Below, piece after piece: positions 43,526 to 43,624 of a DNA stretch of 43,624 bases; within the stretch, counting starts at the first letter, position 1; each line of letters opens with the position of its first letter. Under the pieces are notes generated by a model. The model made no database searches and was not told where the DNA came from. It saw only the letters and a list, made by a program, of their open reading frames with translations. The stretch lies in the IMG/VR virus record IMGVR_UViG_3300035105_000248, positions 1-43,624 of that record. One strand, 5' to 3'. Made by a program: the position numbers and the translations under genes. Origin of the DNA: a virus. Taxonomy: Duplodnaviria > Caudoviricetes.

Positions 43526-43624
43526 ATGAAATCATCAGATGCAGTAATACTAGAAACAGTTATAAACGCTTATGAAATTAAAATTAGTGGATTAAAAGAA
43601 GCTATGTATAATAGGTTATCAGAA
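43526..43624 (+). CDS. Hypothetical protein, truncated by window end
   Basis: ATG 43526 after GGAGG, open to the end of the window. Confidence 0.55.
   Translation, partial: MKSSDAVILETVINAYEIKISGLKEAMYNRLSE

Noticed and set aside
1-43624. tRNA/rRNA genes, integrase, lysis or replication genes, alternative genetic code
   Set aside because: None recognised. Genes are long and tightly packed under the standard code, with all three stop codons used.

Overview
AT-rich, tailed dsDNA phage (siphovirus-like) genome segment with two divergent arms; the host cannot be determined from the sequence. Left arm (1-32164, minus strand) is a complete morphogenesis operon: small terminase, intein-containing large terminase, portal, S49 protease/scaffold, decoration protein, major capsid, head-neck genes (including a repeat-shaft fibre), Com-like Zn ribbon, tail tube, chaperones with a -1 frameshift, a 2338-aa tape measure, tail-tip proteins and a LamG receptor-binding protein cut by the window edge. 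Right arm (32793-43624, plus strand) holds small early-type genes with repeated promoters and leader hairpins. The most unusual signal is a positional, strand-specific use of the trinucleotide CCR/YGG in the right arm. It is absent on both strands for 1.44 kb (32454-33897) and almost absent from the sense strand of the following genes. It is densely clustered after transcription units and at the start of an HNH-ART gene pair, and is phased at 10-bp steps at fixed distances in four promoters. The first ~4 kb of that arm also folds into near-continuous sense-strand hairpins. Together this suggests an undescribed motif-specific DNA modification or DNA-binding system controlling early transcription or genome entry (inference). 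All counts are by hand and all family assignments are from motif recognition, not database searches.
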